From Octopus bimaculoides (Eukaryota): DNA of 63,777 nucleotides. Where the stretch lies: NCBI RefSeq assembly GCF_001194135.2, contig NC_068993.1, positions 54,159,199-54,222,975 of the forward strand, given 5' to 3'. A program made the position numbers and the translations under genes. The notes below the pieces were generated by a model that did no database searches, was not told the origin of the DNA, and was given only the letters and a program-made list of their open reading frames with translations. Each line of letters opens with the position of its first letter. Positions within the stretch are counted from its first letter, which is position 1. Of the stretch, positions 1 through 14,277 are shown one piece after another.

Positions 1-56
1 AATCTTTAAATTCTAATCTTGAGTCTCTGAAAATGTATCATTGTTTATTTTTTTAG

Positions 57-3000
57 ATGTCTTTGGTTTGTGATGGATCCCTTGATGAGCCGGAGTGAAG
101 ACTATAACTATGCATTCTTCAGACGGATGATTGAAGATATTAAACAGACTAAAGATGCACAGGGCCCAGAGGATGAAGAAATGAATAAGGTATGATCACA
201 TTAGGACAGTTACAGACAGTTGCCTCTCTTATGTAGACTAATGGAAAACAAATATGCATGCTCTCTCCTAGTTCACATCAACATATGAGATCAGTAGCAA
301 AAGTATGTTGTACAGGATTAATTATTGTGAATATATTATGTAATGTTATAGTTAAAATGCGAAACTGTCGTTATGAAGAAACTCCTCTTCAGGTGTGTGT
401 ATGTGTGTGTGAGAAGATAAGTTGAGAGATAATAAGTTACACCTATGAAGATAGAAGGTATTGCAACTTGAGTCAGATTGCCTCTTTAGCCCTCAAGCAT
501 GGCTGTATCTGGCCAAAATATTCTACCTGCTTTATGTTTAAATTGGCCAAATCTGGCCTCTCACACCTGCTCTACAATGTCATTTAAAAAATAAACTACC
601 ACATCATCAAACACTTGAAGCTACTAGAGAATTCATGGTAAATTCAAAACAATGTGAATAAATAAGCATTACATTTGACAGAATAATTTAAATGCTAAAT
701 ATGTTTGTGTGTGTGTTCTTTGTTGAAATACTATTAAATCTACTTTCTCAGCATTGTGAATTACTTAGCTTATGAGAGTTATGTTGTACAAAAAAATTGT
801 TTGGTTGAAGTAAAAAAAAAATTTTTTAATTGTTTTTTATTTTTATTTTTTTATTTTCTAAGNNNNNNNNNNNNNNNNNNNNNNNNNNNNNNNNNNNNNN
901 NNNNNNNNNNNNNNNNNNNNNNNNNNNNNNNNNNNNNNNNNNNNNNNNNNNNNNNNNNNNNNNNNNNNNNNNNNNNNNNNNNNNNNNNNNNNNNNNNNNN
1001 NNNNNNNNNNNNNNNNNNNNNNNNNNNNNNNNNNNNNNNNNNNNNNNNNNNNNNNNNNNNNNNNNNNNNNNNNNNNNNNNNNNNNNNNNNNNNNNNNNNN
1101 NNNNNNNNNNNNNNNNNNNNNNNNNNNNNNNNNNNNNNNNNNNNNNNNNNNNNNNNNNNNNNNNNNNNNNNNNNNNNNNNNNNNNNNNNNNNNNNNNNNN
1201 NNNNNNNNNNNNNNNNNNNNNACACACACACGGACAGAAGTGATGGAATCTTAAAAGTATGGTCGAGCAGTGACTTGTAGAAAAGATGGAGGCTGAATAC
1301 AGCTTTATGTTGTGCAAGCACTCTTTCATATTTAATCTTTTGCTTGTTTCAGTTGTTAGACTGGCCATGCTGGGGCACTGCCATGAAGGGTTTTAGTCAA
1401 ATAGATTAATCTCAATTATTTTTAAGCCTGGTACTTATTCTACGAATTTCTTTCATGAGACCATAAATAAACCAACACTGGATATCAAGTGGTGATGGAC
1501 ACACACATAATGGGCTTTTGTACAGTTTCTGTCTACCAAATGCAGTCAAAATGCATTGATGGTTTTCTACGGCTGGATGCCCTTCCTCATGCCAACCACT
1601 CTGAGAGTGTAATGAGTGCTTTTATGTGCCACTGGCACGACACCAGTATCTGCCACAACTGCGATTTTGCTCGGCTTGATGGGCCTTCTTTTCAAGCACG
1701 ACATAATGTCAAAGGTCTTGGTCATTGCCTCCATGAGGCCCAACACTCGAAAGGAACTCAGCTACTTCACCTCTGTGGGGCCCAACACTTAAAAGGAACT
1801 CAACCACTTTGCCTCCGTGAGGTCCGATGCGTGAAAGGAACTCGGCCACTTTTCCTAGAATGATGTATAAGCAGTATATTATAAACCAAAATAACACCAG
1901 TAGAATTATGATTCTTTTTTATTTTGTTTTGTGTTTCATCTATTTGATTCTAAAGTCATCTTTTAAATCTTTCCTACAGAGTTATAGCAATACCAAGTTA
2001 TACCTCCCAAAGGACTTCATCTTTGATACAGGAAAGGTAAGATTAAAGATCCATAAATTATTTTTGCTGACAGTTATTCAGTTTTCAAATATTATTGCAA
2101 TGTGGGAATATGCTTTTCATTTTTCTCTGACATGGTGTTTTAAGATTTTTTTTCCTATCTTTCTTAGAAAAAAGTTGCCCCAACAACTCTAATGAATACA
2201 TCTGAGAAAGCTGTAACTGCTAAACCATCTGTGCCGTTCACCACAACAGAAATTATTGTGACCTCCCCTAAACCTGTTGTAAATCCTAACCCTACATGCC
2301 CTCGAGAATCAAAGAAAAAGAAAGAAAAAGAAAATGAAGCAAAAGAAAGGTAGATATTCTTTATAAAAAAAAACACCTTATTTTCTTTACTAGCCACTGA
2401 TAATAAATCTGTTTTACAGATTATAATAAATTATTATAAAACTATAATTGAAATCTCTACATTCAATCTTTATTATCAATACTTAAAACTCTCTAAGCCC
2501 TGACCTCAATTACTGAATGATAATTATTTCAGTCAAATTAAACTCTTAATAGTAAAAAAAAATCTTACAATAAATTTGCCATGTTGTATTGATTTAAAAA
2601 AAAAAAAAAAATGTATATATAACTTGGCACGTGCTACTAAAAAAAAAAAAACAAATTCTGTCTTACATTTAATTTCTGAATGATTTTTAAAAACATGATG
2701 GTATTGATTGTTCCATTTGTTTAAATAAATTTAATTTTCGTTATTGTATATCATCTATAGGAAAATTAAAACATTTTCATAGTATTTTTAATATCCTTAG
2801 AAAACTTTCAAATTTCTAAATGGTGTAAGCATGTGGGTGATTTTTCGCAATGAGCAAGGGAAAAATTAATTATATACTCTGAAATTGCATGCCAAAATTT
2901 AGTAATAATGATTCTTGATTAGTTAGTATCAGAAATTTCTATGACAGCTAGACTAATAAAATAAAATTTTATNNNNNNNNNNNNNNNNNNNNNNNNNNNN

Positions 3001-5291
3001 NNNNNNNNNNNNNNNNNNNNNNNNNNNNNNNNNNNNNNNNNNNNNNNNNNNNNNNNNNNNNNNNNNNNNNNNNNNNNNNNNNNNNNNNNNNNNNNNNNNN
3101 NNNNNNNNNNNNNNNNNNNNNNNNNNNNNNNNNNNNNNNNNNNNNNNNNNNNNNNNNNNNNNNNNNNNNNNNNNNNNNNNNNNNNNNNNNNNNNNNNNNN
3201 NNNNNNNNNNNNNNNNNNNNNNNNNNNNNNNNNNNNNNNNNNNNNNNNNNNNNNNNNNNNNNNNNNNNNNNNNNNNNNNNNNNNNNNNNNNNNNNNNNNN
3301 NNNNNNNNNNNNNNNNNNNNNNNNNNNNNNNNNNNNNNNNNNNNNNNNNNNNNNNNNNNNNNNNNNNNNNTGGCACGTTATAACTGCCACCATGTACCAC
3401 TGGTGGTACATTTGAGAAAATATTTTATTCTGTATCTTTGACAAGGTTTCAGGAATTTTTAGATAATGTGAATGCTTAATATTAAAATTTAATTATGAAA
3501 TATTGTAAAATTGCAAAAAACATTTAAAAATTACATTTCCTTGTAATTAAACCGTATGCAATGTGACTAGAAATATGTGGCGCCATGGGTAAGCTCTAAT
3601 AACAGGCTGTGGTGGTTAACATGTTGAGTATATATATGCATAATGTCACATCATGTTTTGTAAGCTGTTGTTCATTATCTTATTGTTCTTACTCTGTTGA
3701 TTTTGGTGAGTTGTTGAATAGTTTGTTTCTTTTAATTCCAATAATGCGCTTTTCCTCTCTACCATCCAGTACGTCTTCACAAAGTGACAAGAAAATGAAG
3801 AGTGAGGAATCAACTAGTGAGCAGAAGGCTCGAACTAGCCGAGCTGTGAGACAGACATCTGCTGCTGTCAAAAAAAAGGGTGCTTTGGTGAAAAAAGCTA
3901 CACTTCAAGCTGGAAAGAAAAACAAAACCCCCATAAAATTAACAAAAGCTGTAGCCAAATCTAAAAAGGCGACAGGTATGCAGGCAAAAATAACAGACTT
4001 TCGTTCGCCCAAGCGACAAACTTCTAAAAATTCTCCTTTAAAAGTTTTATCACCTACAAAACAAATTTTGAATGGCTCTACAAAAGGCACAACACGCCGA
4101 GCTGCACAAAACCGATCGTCCAGTGCACCAACAAATAACAAAGCTGAAAGTAGTACAAGAAAAAGAACTGCAGGGTCTCCTGATGAAAATATTCCGGCAA
4201 AGAAGCGAGCAGCAACTGAAAAAGAATCTCGGTAGGACACTTTGTCACCATCATCATCTGTGTCATTATACGAAAGTATTTTTGAGATTGTTTTTAAGAA
4301 TTATGCAATTATGTGCACAGGCAGGGCTGTGTGGTTAAGAAGCTTATTTTGTAGCCATGGGGTTTGGGGTTCAGTCCCTTCGCACAGCACCTTGGGCAAG
4401 TATCTTGCAAGATATTGGTCACCCTGTGCTGACCAATGTCTTGTAAGTGAATTTGGCTGGCAGAAAACTTAAAGAAGCCTGTTTGTGTATATCATCCATC
4501 CATCCATCCATTATTTTAAATTCAGGTTTTGTTCCCGTTAATGGGGGTGGCCAGATGTACCTCAATGCCATAGCAACCATCCTCACACCATCTCACCATT
4601 TTGCCCTGTTTTGACATCCTCCCTTCTCAAGCCAACCCTCCCAATCTCCTCCTCCACCTGTCCCCTCCACATTTTCCTTGGTCTACCTCGCTTTCGTTGT
4701 CCATTTACCTCAATTTCTAGCACCCTCTTCTGAACATGCTCCTCATCCTCCTCAACACGTGCCCATACCACAAGAGCGAATGGAGTGTGTGTGTGTGTCC
4801 CTTTGTGTTTAGGAAATTTATTATTGTGAAGATAAAAATCAAATAATAAAGATCTATAATGATTTAAATATGACTTACAACTTCCATTTCAATTTGACAG
4901 TTGAACAATTAGCAGCTAAAAGGGAAACTTTCTGTAAAATATAATTGGTTTAGCTCCATGTAAATAGCACCTCTTTCAAGTTGGCATGAAAAATAGAATT
5001 AAAATAGTTTACATATGGTATAACTGGTATAACGGGTGCTCGGTTATATGGGAATGGTAAAAACTCAGTGTATTTTGTTAATGTATTTGTACAAAAATAT
5101 GGGTGTATTCAATTAGATGCTGACAGTGGAGGTCTGTTGAGTTTTCTAATATGTGCAGCGACTGGAAGATTGTCATTCCACAAGTTCACTTGGTACTTCA
5201 ATGAACTGCGGGGTCATTAGTGGAAAGATACATTGTGATAGTAATAACAGTAATAGTAGTATGGTAAATTATATGGAATTTTCAAAATGGT

Positions 5292-5323
<32 letters not shown>

Positions 5324-8300
5324 TTTTGTTTACCGGTGTAGTAAAAAACCAAGTAGTAGTGTGAGTAATGGTAGTGAGAAGGAAGAAACTTCTGCTGAAT
5401 CAACTTCATCCATCCAATCAGCAAGCAAAGAAAAGGAGGTGGAAGAAGCTGAAATTAATGTAAGTGATTGTTTGATTTATTATTACTCTTTTACTTGTTT
5501 CAGTCTTTTGACTGTGGTCATGCTGGAGCACCGCCTTTAAAGGTGCTCCAGCATGGAAACTTAACAGATTTTTTTTTTTCATTGGTTTGTTATGAAATTA
5601 TGTTCTCATGTATGATATGTTGGCTTATATTATCTACATATTGGTGATAATTAATTTTTCACCTAATTTTTTAATGAAGCTCATTAATTGTTCAAGCTTT
5701 TATTGTGTTCAAAAGGCACCATATAATTCTGTGTCTTGATACTAATTAATTAGCAATGTTGCTTTCACATCAGTTTGGCAGAATAGAACAACTGTTCAAA
5801 AAGGTACTATTTTTAGCTACGTTTCTGTTGTGCTTTCTTTTGGTTTTGGGATTTATCAGATTTTGACAGCATTTCAATAACTAGTTATTTGTTCTTTTCA
5901 ATATTGGTTCTTTTATATTTTAAAGAGCTCTTTCAATTTTTTGTTTCTCTAAATGTTCCAGACTAGCCACTAACTCGATATTTATATGCAGATGAAGTAA
6001 TAAAATGATGAATTACTTGATAAAATTTCCATTCAACACTTATTACACATTATAAGCTTGATTTTGAGACAGAAGAGAGAAACAGGCCTCTTGGTGGGAC
6101 TTGAACCATATAATATCTTGTTGCGTCTTGAGCAACTCTTACCAATTACATATAGATTGCCTAGAATTGCAAATGTTCTGGAATGTGCTTATAATGTCTA
6201 ATGTCATTAAAAATAGTTTTTAATATTAGACTCTATTAAGGTGACCAACTGGCAGAATCATTGGCCCACCAGGCAAAATGCTAAGCAGCATTTCGCCTGT
6301 CTTTATGTTCTGAGTTCAAATCCCACTGCGGTCACTTTTGCCTTTCATCCCTTTAGGAGTAATAAAATAAGGACCCGTTGAGCACTGAGGTTGATGTAAT
6401 CGACTGTCCCCATTCCCCAAGATTTCAAGTCTTGTGTCCAGAGTAGAAAGGAATATTAGACTTTATTACTATCTTCACTGCAACACATGCATGGGAAAGT
6501 TGTTAAGAGAAAAACAAAAATCGAGAAACTGTGTGATGGTTGTTCATAGTATTATCTCAAGCAGTGTTTATTTGGGTGTCAGCCTATCTATGAAATAATG
6601 GTTTACGCTTTTGATGCAATGATTTGTGTTGTGTCTGAGCTGTATAAATTTCCTTCCAATCTTCAGCTATGAAGAACAAAAACTTTTTTATGATTGCATT
6701 AAGAAGTATCTAGCTACAAGAAATTATTTCCTACAATATCATGGTATCAACCAGACTAACGGATGTTGTTATACATCGCTGGTCACAATGCATTTTGCAT
6801 TTTTTTAGCTTTCCAATGATGCCACCCTATTGGCAGGGCGAGCAGGCCAACAAGATATTAATAAATATATGGATTTTCAAAATACTGACTTGTTACATTA
6901 GACAAGAATCAGATTCTTAATTGCAAAAAATATAAGTGAACCTGATGTTAGTGGTGCAGTGAGATTTCAGATGCTACCATTTCCTGTTTTTCACTGTTAT
7001 TTATGTGGATTTTGCTGAGATCTGTGTTCAATTAATTGTCCTTATAGCTAGATATTCCATTTCTAGAATATACAAATACTCTCATATTTTATGTTACACA
7101 ATCATCTTTAATATTTCTGTAATATATTGCTTGCAATGAAGATTTATAATCTAATATTTGAAAATGATAATGAATACAACCATTAAAAAGCTCCTGTATT
7201 TTCTATACATACTAAAGTCTGTTGTATGTGATTACTTGTGTATTTAATTGTTGTAGATGAGTTAAATTTAACACTGGTGGTTTCCCCAAATTCTTGTATA
7301 TTTTAAATTTTGTCTTTTCTACATTTTTCCTTCTGATATTTCACCGAAGATTGAACTGTTTTTTTTTTGTTTTTTTTTTTTCTTTCTTAACTTGATTTAC
7401 ATGATAAAGAATCTCTTGTCTTCAATAGGCAAATAATGTAAAGTCATTAAAGCTCACCTTTTTTCTATTATTGAGGTTTTGGAGTAGGTGGGGAAAAGGG
7501 AATGATTATATAGTAGGTAGCTTGTGTTAAAAGCTGTTCTGAATATTGTTCTTGAATAAATATTTATATATACATATGAATAAGCATTGTAATCTACTCT
7601 GTGGTTCTGAATTTTAAATCCTTTCTTTTAGCCCTAGAGAGCTTTGAAACTCTCTTTCATGGATAATCCTTGGGAATCCTGATTGGTAAAGACCATACTT
7701 TGTATAATACTTTTGTGTTGTCTTATAAATTTTTAGGGCGAGCTTTTAAATTGTGCAAGCTGGCCTAGAAAAGGTTTTCTATTGTATGTAGCTACAAGAA
7801 AACAAACTACTATGATAGACCTTTTCACTCTTTGGTTACTGCATGTGCTGGCAAACTTCGTATGGCAAATATCCATTTTACGTTGAACAGAAAATAAAGT
7901 GCATTCTCTTATAATTGTTATTATTGTAAAAAGTTTTGTATATTTGTAAAACAAAAACATCCCAACAAATTATGAACTTCTATATTGGCTCTCTCTTCTC
8001 CCCGATTTTTTTTTTTAAGGTTATAGTCCTAAATTATATTATTGACACTTGTATTTCCTTTTTTTTTCTTCTTCTTTCATGCATACTAAATTGTTACGTA
8101 GTTTATATTGCTCTATGAAGTTTGTGAAAGGATGATTAGAAATTAATTTTTAAATCTACATTGAATTGTTTTCAATTCAATTAGACTCTAGTTTGATGTT
8201 CTTTATTTTCTGTTCTTTATCTTCAATCAGTGTTCTTTGTTTTCTCATAGAGGAAAGTGCACTCCCTGTTCCTTGCTTGTACTGCGTCCCATATTTACAT

Positions 8301-11300
8301 CAGTGCCTTGCTGACATTGTAACAGTTGGATACATTGCACAAATTTGGCCTTCTTGAACTTCCATTGGCAAAGGGCTTTATTAATACATATTCTTCTTTC
8401 TGATTAATAAGGGGAAGTGCAATTGAGAGCCACTAATCCTTACCTCCCCCCTCTCTCCACTCCTACTTATCAAATAACATCTCACCAATTCTTCACTCTA
8501 ATATAAATTGACCCAACACCATTTAAACTGCTGCCACAAACACATTATCTTTTATGCAAACTTCTCATATGCCAAAGAAACCGAAGAATTGCAGATTCTG
8601 CATTTAGTTATATATGTGAAGGTTTACTCTGTTATTATTACTTTGTTGGAACCATTATGTTGTTCTTATCATACTGGAGCATCATAACAACAGCACCAAA
8701 ATAAAAAGATGCTTAATTTGTACTACTAGTCCATACTTCCATCTTAAGTTTCTTGTATTCTTGTTTATCAATGATGTTGGACATCTGACCAACATGTTTT
8801 AGTCCTGAGGGAGAAGGTCAGTTGTGAGGCAGTTTTTGCTTTGTTAAGGACATGCATTTGCCAGGAGAGATCCTCGCTAATGTTGCTGTTGTTTTAGCCC
8901 TGTGTTGGCCATGAATAAGCAAGACTGTCGTCAAAAGTGCTTTCATTTTGTGCAGCCTAACAGTGATTCAGAGGCTGATTATTGTGCATCTGGAAGCCAA
9001 GTATATCTTAGTCCACCTGGCTTTGCTCAAATGCTGCACTACAAACATATACTTCATTAAACTGACAGACATGAAAACGAAACTAAAAAAACAAATAACT
9101 GCAGTTTAGTTATCACATAATACTTAGTAAATTAACCTCATTTTTGTATTTGGCCAAAATGCTTTGCTTACTCAGTCTGTATAGCATCAAATAAATTAAC
9201 AGTTCTTTGAGGGTGATTGGTGTTGAAAATAGCATGCAATGATAAAATTATGTTCCAAGAACACATCAATATATCCACCTTTGCAAAATTTCTAAACTAT
9301 GTGAGCATGTGGAAATGAGCAACCTAATTTAAATATCTATTAAAATTATTTAGTTAGAATTTAGTGCTTACTCAAATTCATTTCAATTGAATGTTACAAA
9401 GTTGTAAGAAATAGTAGATGCACTTTACTATTTACTTTCTGCTATTTACTTTCATCTCTATTCAGTTTAAATCTACTAATACCAGTTTTACTTTTCTTTC
9501 ACTAGGATTGATAACATATCAATAATATCCTGGCTACAATCCAATCAACTACACCCACCCACTCCTAAACAGAAATCAACGTTCAATTAAAGTTTATTTG
9601 TCATCGTATGACAGACTCGAGTAACCAGACTGCACAAATCAGGAAATCTAGTTGTGTGGAAACTCCGTGGTCCATTGTTATACAACACTTGATATGGTGG
9701 TTATTTAATTCGATGAGAAATGTTGCATACATATTCTGCTTTAAACAATCAACACAAGCATTATAGCCAAATAAGATACAAATATTCTCAGATAAACCAT
9801 CCATATTGATACGAAATACCTCCACCTGTTTTTGTCTAATTATAATAACTTGAAAGATGTCCTTCCTCATTTTTGGAAGTTCGTTCATAAAAACAAAGTG
9901 CCCACATAGTCATAGAATCTCGAACTCTGATTTATAAATATATATAAATACACACATGCGCATAAAACATATATAAGGCGTTTAACTATTTTAAAACCAT
10001 CTAAATTGGACATATTGCGTGTATCATAATAATAATTTCATCAAGACAACTCTAGCTCTCCATATTGTCATGCGTGTAATAGTTTGCCCAGTATTAGAGA
10101 GCAAACCTGTCATTGTTATGTCTCTTACTCGTCATCATTTTNNNNNNNNNNTTTTTTTTTTTTTTGTTTTCAACTTTGCTTTTAATAGTCAAAGCTACAT
10201 CAAGTTTGTGAATTTTTATTTGCTTATATTTATCATCAGCTTTGTCCTTTTGGATGTTTCTTTGTTTTTGTTTATTATTATTATTATTATTATATATACC
10301 AAACACATTATTACAAAACTAAAATAATCTGGAACTGGTTTCTTTAGTCAGTATTTTCCTTGTAACAACAGTTCTATTTTACTCCATGTCATTGTAATGA
10401 TTCTGACCATATATGAATATCTTTTCAGTTACTATAAATGAAAGTCTATTTTTGTCATGAAATACCTTTTTTCTTTTTTTCTTCTCTAACTTAATGTGTT
10501 ATTCTGTTTCCTTGTTTTATATCCAGAAATTGTTCATTTGCACCTTGTTAACTTTTTAATTTCATAACACAAGTTATTTCAGAATTAGTGTTTATGAGAT
10601 AGAATCTCGGTGTATATGTACATATGTATGTACGTGTCTGTATATATGTAAATATATCTGTGTGTGTGTGTGTATCATGCCCTAAACAGTTGAGATTTAT
10701 ATTTGAAATGTGTAGTGATGTACATCTAATAATTAAGCAAAACAAATTTTGGCTTATCTCCATAATGTGTGATACACATAGACAAATGGTAAATAAATGG
10801 GGTTTTTTTTTATCTTATATCTTTATAATTAAAGGGTTGGTCTGACTACATGAAAAACCAAACACCTGTTCAACTGGCCATTTGGGAGGGAGAGTTTGTA
10901 CACAATTTATAGTCATATTACAACTTCATTAAATAAGTTAATCTCATTTGCATAATAGTGATTTTATTGGCAACATAGTTAATTGTTACTGTATATGTGC
11001 AGGTTTAGTGTGTGATTGGTCTCTGGAAACTCTCATTAGTCAAAAACCCTGTCACACCCCTTTCCTTTTTAGCTTTCTGACCACAGAAAGATAACAAGGA
11101 ACACATTTGTTTATATTTGATTGTGCGTGTTGGATTGTACACAAGGGGGATGGTTAAAATTTGTACAGTTTATCATTAAATATACCTTACTATACATTTT
11201 CGATGAGTGTATATAATCATAATTTCTCTGGTGTAGATTTCCTGTTAAATGAAAAAAACGTTTTGCATATTTTTATTTAGTTGACACAGTTACTTTTTAT

Positions 11301-11606
11301 GCAAAATCGAGGGTTGGATTTTTCTTCAAATTTAGGTATTTTGTGTGAATTGTAGTAAAATCATATTGCTTACTATACCCATAAAACTGCAGCATTTACT
11401 ATTGAACATAAAACTATTCTGTTCTGTATAAGATTTATGCTCTTGAGAACACATTGTTAAATGTCTAGCAGAAGATTATAAATGATATATTTTCCATTTG
11501 GTTCTTTATAATTTTTATTGTCTGAATGTATGCACAAATATAAAAAAAAAATTATGGCTGAATTTCATAGATTTTAAAATATTTCAAGAAATGTAGTTAG
11601 TTGTTG

Positions 11607-11637
<31 letters not shown>

Positions 11638-14277
11638 CTGTAGAGTTGATCTTGAAAAGGTCAAATATTGCTTAAAAGTGTATAATTTCTAAGTTAATAT
11701 TTGCATGGATGGTAAATATATATTTTTCTGTAACTTATCGTTGATCAGTTTTTATTTACTAAAGCTTGGTTATGTTGCATGTAGTTTTAAGATTTTCTCA
11801 TTAGAAAGCATGAAATTATGTATGTTCATGATCATCAATTATTTTATTGTTGATTTGTATGTGCAGTGATTATCTTAACAAACCGCAGTTGCAGGACATG
11901 TTTCTTTTCACCTATAATGTCAATATAGTTTAACCATTTGGCAAGTAAATGTTTTATCATTTTATTTAAACCGAGAAAGAAAGGCGGTGCCCTTTCCTTA
12001 CTAGTGAGTTCAGTGTGGTTTGTGCACAAGAGAGACAGGACATGAGGTGCAAATAGAGAGGAAATGTTGGGTGGGGTAGGAGGTGGTGTGAGGTAAATTG
12101 TAAGAGTGTAGTTTGCTATTCCTCCAAAGATTTAATGCTGTGTGATAACCCTGCCTGGTCAGTTGTCAAAGGAAAATAAATATTTAAAATAGTAATGCTG
12201 TCTGTCCTTTCCTAAATCCTCTCTTGCTTAATGGGTTAGTAATCCATTGTCTTTTTTTGGGGATTTGTTTTGGCCAACACATAAACACTGTCTTTCTGAT
12301 GTGGACTGATCTATTTTGGTTTTTAAAATACTCTCGCTCTCTCTTTTTTTTTTTTTTTAATCTTTCTACAGCATCAGAATTCACTATCTGCCATAATTAT
12401 GTTTACAAATAATTTAATATTTAATACCTGTAAAAAGCACCCAGTACTCTCTGTAGAATGGTTGGCATTAGAAAGGACATCCAGCTGTAGAAACCTTGCC
12501 AGAACAGACAATTGAAATCTGATGTAGCCCCTGGCCTTAACATCTCCTGCCAATCTATCCAACCCATGCCAGCATGGAAAACAGATGTTAAATGATGATG
12601 GTGATGATTATGTTCCATCAGGATGTTTGAAAATGATTTCACCAGTGCTAAGAATTTTCCTAATTTTTAAATCATAATGCCTTGCACAGGATCTAAACCA
12701 GTATTTGAATTACAAAATTACTGTTTCGTTTCTCAGATTTTTAATTTTGTCTTTTATTGTTCTGGCAATGTGTAGTGGGGTGAGCTGGCAGAATTGTTAG
12801 CATGCTGGGTGAAATGATTGGTGATATCTTGTCCATCTTTATGTTCTGATTTCAAATTTTGCCTTTCATCCTTTTGGGGTTAATAGTATAAGTACTTGTT
12901 AAACACTGGGGTCGGTGTAATTGACTTATCCCCCTCCCACGCACTTGCTGGCCTTGTGCCAAAATTAGAAACCAGTGTGTTCTTCCTTCCTCGTCTTTTG
13001 ATGAATTTAGTATTGTGAGTAAAATTGTCGTATTTATTACTAATCTGACACAATCAGATGTTAGTATCCAAGCAAATATAATTACACTGCATGCTGAAGG
13101 TTCCTTTGTAACAATTTTAAAATCATAGTAGTTGCATCATTAACTTTTTAGCTCTTTTTAGTATCAACTTGTCAAGGACCAAAGTATTAATATGAATAAA
13201 CTTCTCTAAGCATGAACGATATCTTGAGATATTTCACTTAATAGAGATCAGCCTTAATAAACATGTGTATTTTACAAAACACTCTTAAAATCTTGAGTAT
13301 AATGAAACTGGCCATATCCAGCCTGAATATTGTACCTGTTTTATGTTGAAACCAGCCACATTCAGCCTTTCACACCTACCCTACAATGTCATTCTAAAGA
13401 TAAACAGTTACATCATGGAAATCTCTTAAGTTTCAAGGTGAAGCCTGATCAATTCAAAGCAGTGTGAATAAATAAGCATTACCTTTGGCAGAGTAATATG
13501 AACGCTAAAGGGTTAAGTGAGGTACATGTTACAATGAATTTGCATTCCAATATAGATCATGATGGCACAAGAGTTATTCCTTTACAATCGTACAGTCTTA
13601 GAAAGGCTTTCATTTCTTCTTCAGTTGAAGCACATTTTCTATTGAAGTGATCTTCCAAATATCTTCTGCCATGATTATTTTCATGTTAAATATAATTTTG
13701 TATAAATACAAAAAGAAAAAGTACATTTAAAAAAATACCTCTGGTATGTCTAATATTTGTGTTGTTCCTGAAAGCTCGTGTTCCATTATTCATACAAATA
13801 TCTTCTGCATTATTCTCACCAATATCAGAAATATTAATGTTTGTATTGTCCTAAAGTTTTGAACCCGATCTTTGGAACAAATTGTTTTTAGTGGTGTTGT
13901 GAGGAGTGGAGGAAAAAAATATCTTAGCCTCGTTTTAATTACAAATGTAGTTTATAAATTGCAAGCTAATTGTTATTAGTAACAACTGTAGATGCTGTTA
14001 TGATTGGTCAGTATTATAAAATATTATAAAAGGATAATATATATGGAGGGAAGGGCATAAAGCATTTAAAGAATGAGTTATTTGCAATCCACCAATTGAT
14101 CGATGTTTAATAAAAGATCCCAAAATTATAGCTCTTTTTGTATCTTTTTTTTTTTTTGTTTCATTAATTTCTTATACATAATTCTTTTTTCTCTGCATCT
14201 CCTGTGTCGTCACCTAAGTTTTCTGTTTATTTTATATTTTACAGGTTCGACGGCGAACTCGACCCAGAAAGAAGTGA
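57..14277 (+). CDS. PDS5: Sister chromatid cohesion protein PDS5 homolog, 3' portion (gene starts upstream of window)
   Basis: Exons 57-189 (CLWFVMDPLMSRSEDYNYAFFRRMIEDIKQTKDAQGPEDEEMNK, matching PDS5 CLWF..IKQTKDAQ), 1980-2036 (SYSNTKLYLPKDF, cf. FSNTKNYLP), 2168-2349, 3770-4231, 5342-5459 and terminal 14245-14277 (VRRRTRPRKK*). All have GT-AG junctions with consistent phases. One conserved exon (KLYTVCDVA region) is not visible and probably lies in gap 863-1221. The terminal exon is less certain than the others. Confidence 0.88.
483..700. mobile_element. Non-autonomous MITE-like repeat (TTTAGC..GCTAAA ends); relatives at 13305-13516, 22501-22670, 26835-26905
   Basis: Shared core TGGCC..TCACACC..CTACAATGTCATT..AATAAGCATTACA is seen in several copies. 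The ends resemble TTAACCCTTTAGC/GCTAAAGGGTTAA inverted termini. Confidence 0.6.
4321..4490 (+). mobile_element. tRNA-derived SINE, family B; other copies 24455-24600(-), 34680-34735(-), 40105-40260(-), 41765-41920(-)
   Basis: A-box-like GGCTGTGTGGTTAAG and B-box-like GGTTCAGTCCC, then CACCTTGGGCAAG..GAAA(A)CT..AAGAAGCC, shared among copies. Confidence 0.75.
4513..4775 (-). mobile_element. RTE-clade LINE 3' end fragment
   Basis: Translates to VQKRVLEIEVNGQRKRGRPRKMW, the RTE ORF C-terminus. (GGAT)n-type tail at 4491-4512. Same family as 26985-27590. Confidence 0.8.
6240..6445 (+). mobile_element. tRNA-derived SINE, family A; other copies 12778-12975(+), 37560-37765(-), partial 25790-25945, 31385-31505, 34150-34350, 44370-44495
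   Basis: CTGGCAGAAT..TTAGC..GTTCTGAGTTCAAAT..GCCTTTCATCC..GATGTAATCGAC..CCCC..CTTGTG motif series repeated in all copies. Confidence 0.75.

Noticed and set aside
756-1368. Long ORFs in the track spanning N runs (also near 2953, 28595, 30724, 32602, 42522, 60894)
   Set aside because: They are open only because N codons contain no stops.
6814-6890. ATGATG..CTGA spacing suggestive of a C/D snoRNA in the PDS5 intron
   Set aside because: Imperfect C box, no terminal stem and no recognisable rRNA guide. Such motifs are frequent by chance in AT-rich DNA.
9601-9888. 95-aa minus-strand ORF with faint resemblance to Penelope RT (LNN.H....TMD....L.FL)
   Set aside because: No YxDD motif, no splice support and too weak without a profile search.
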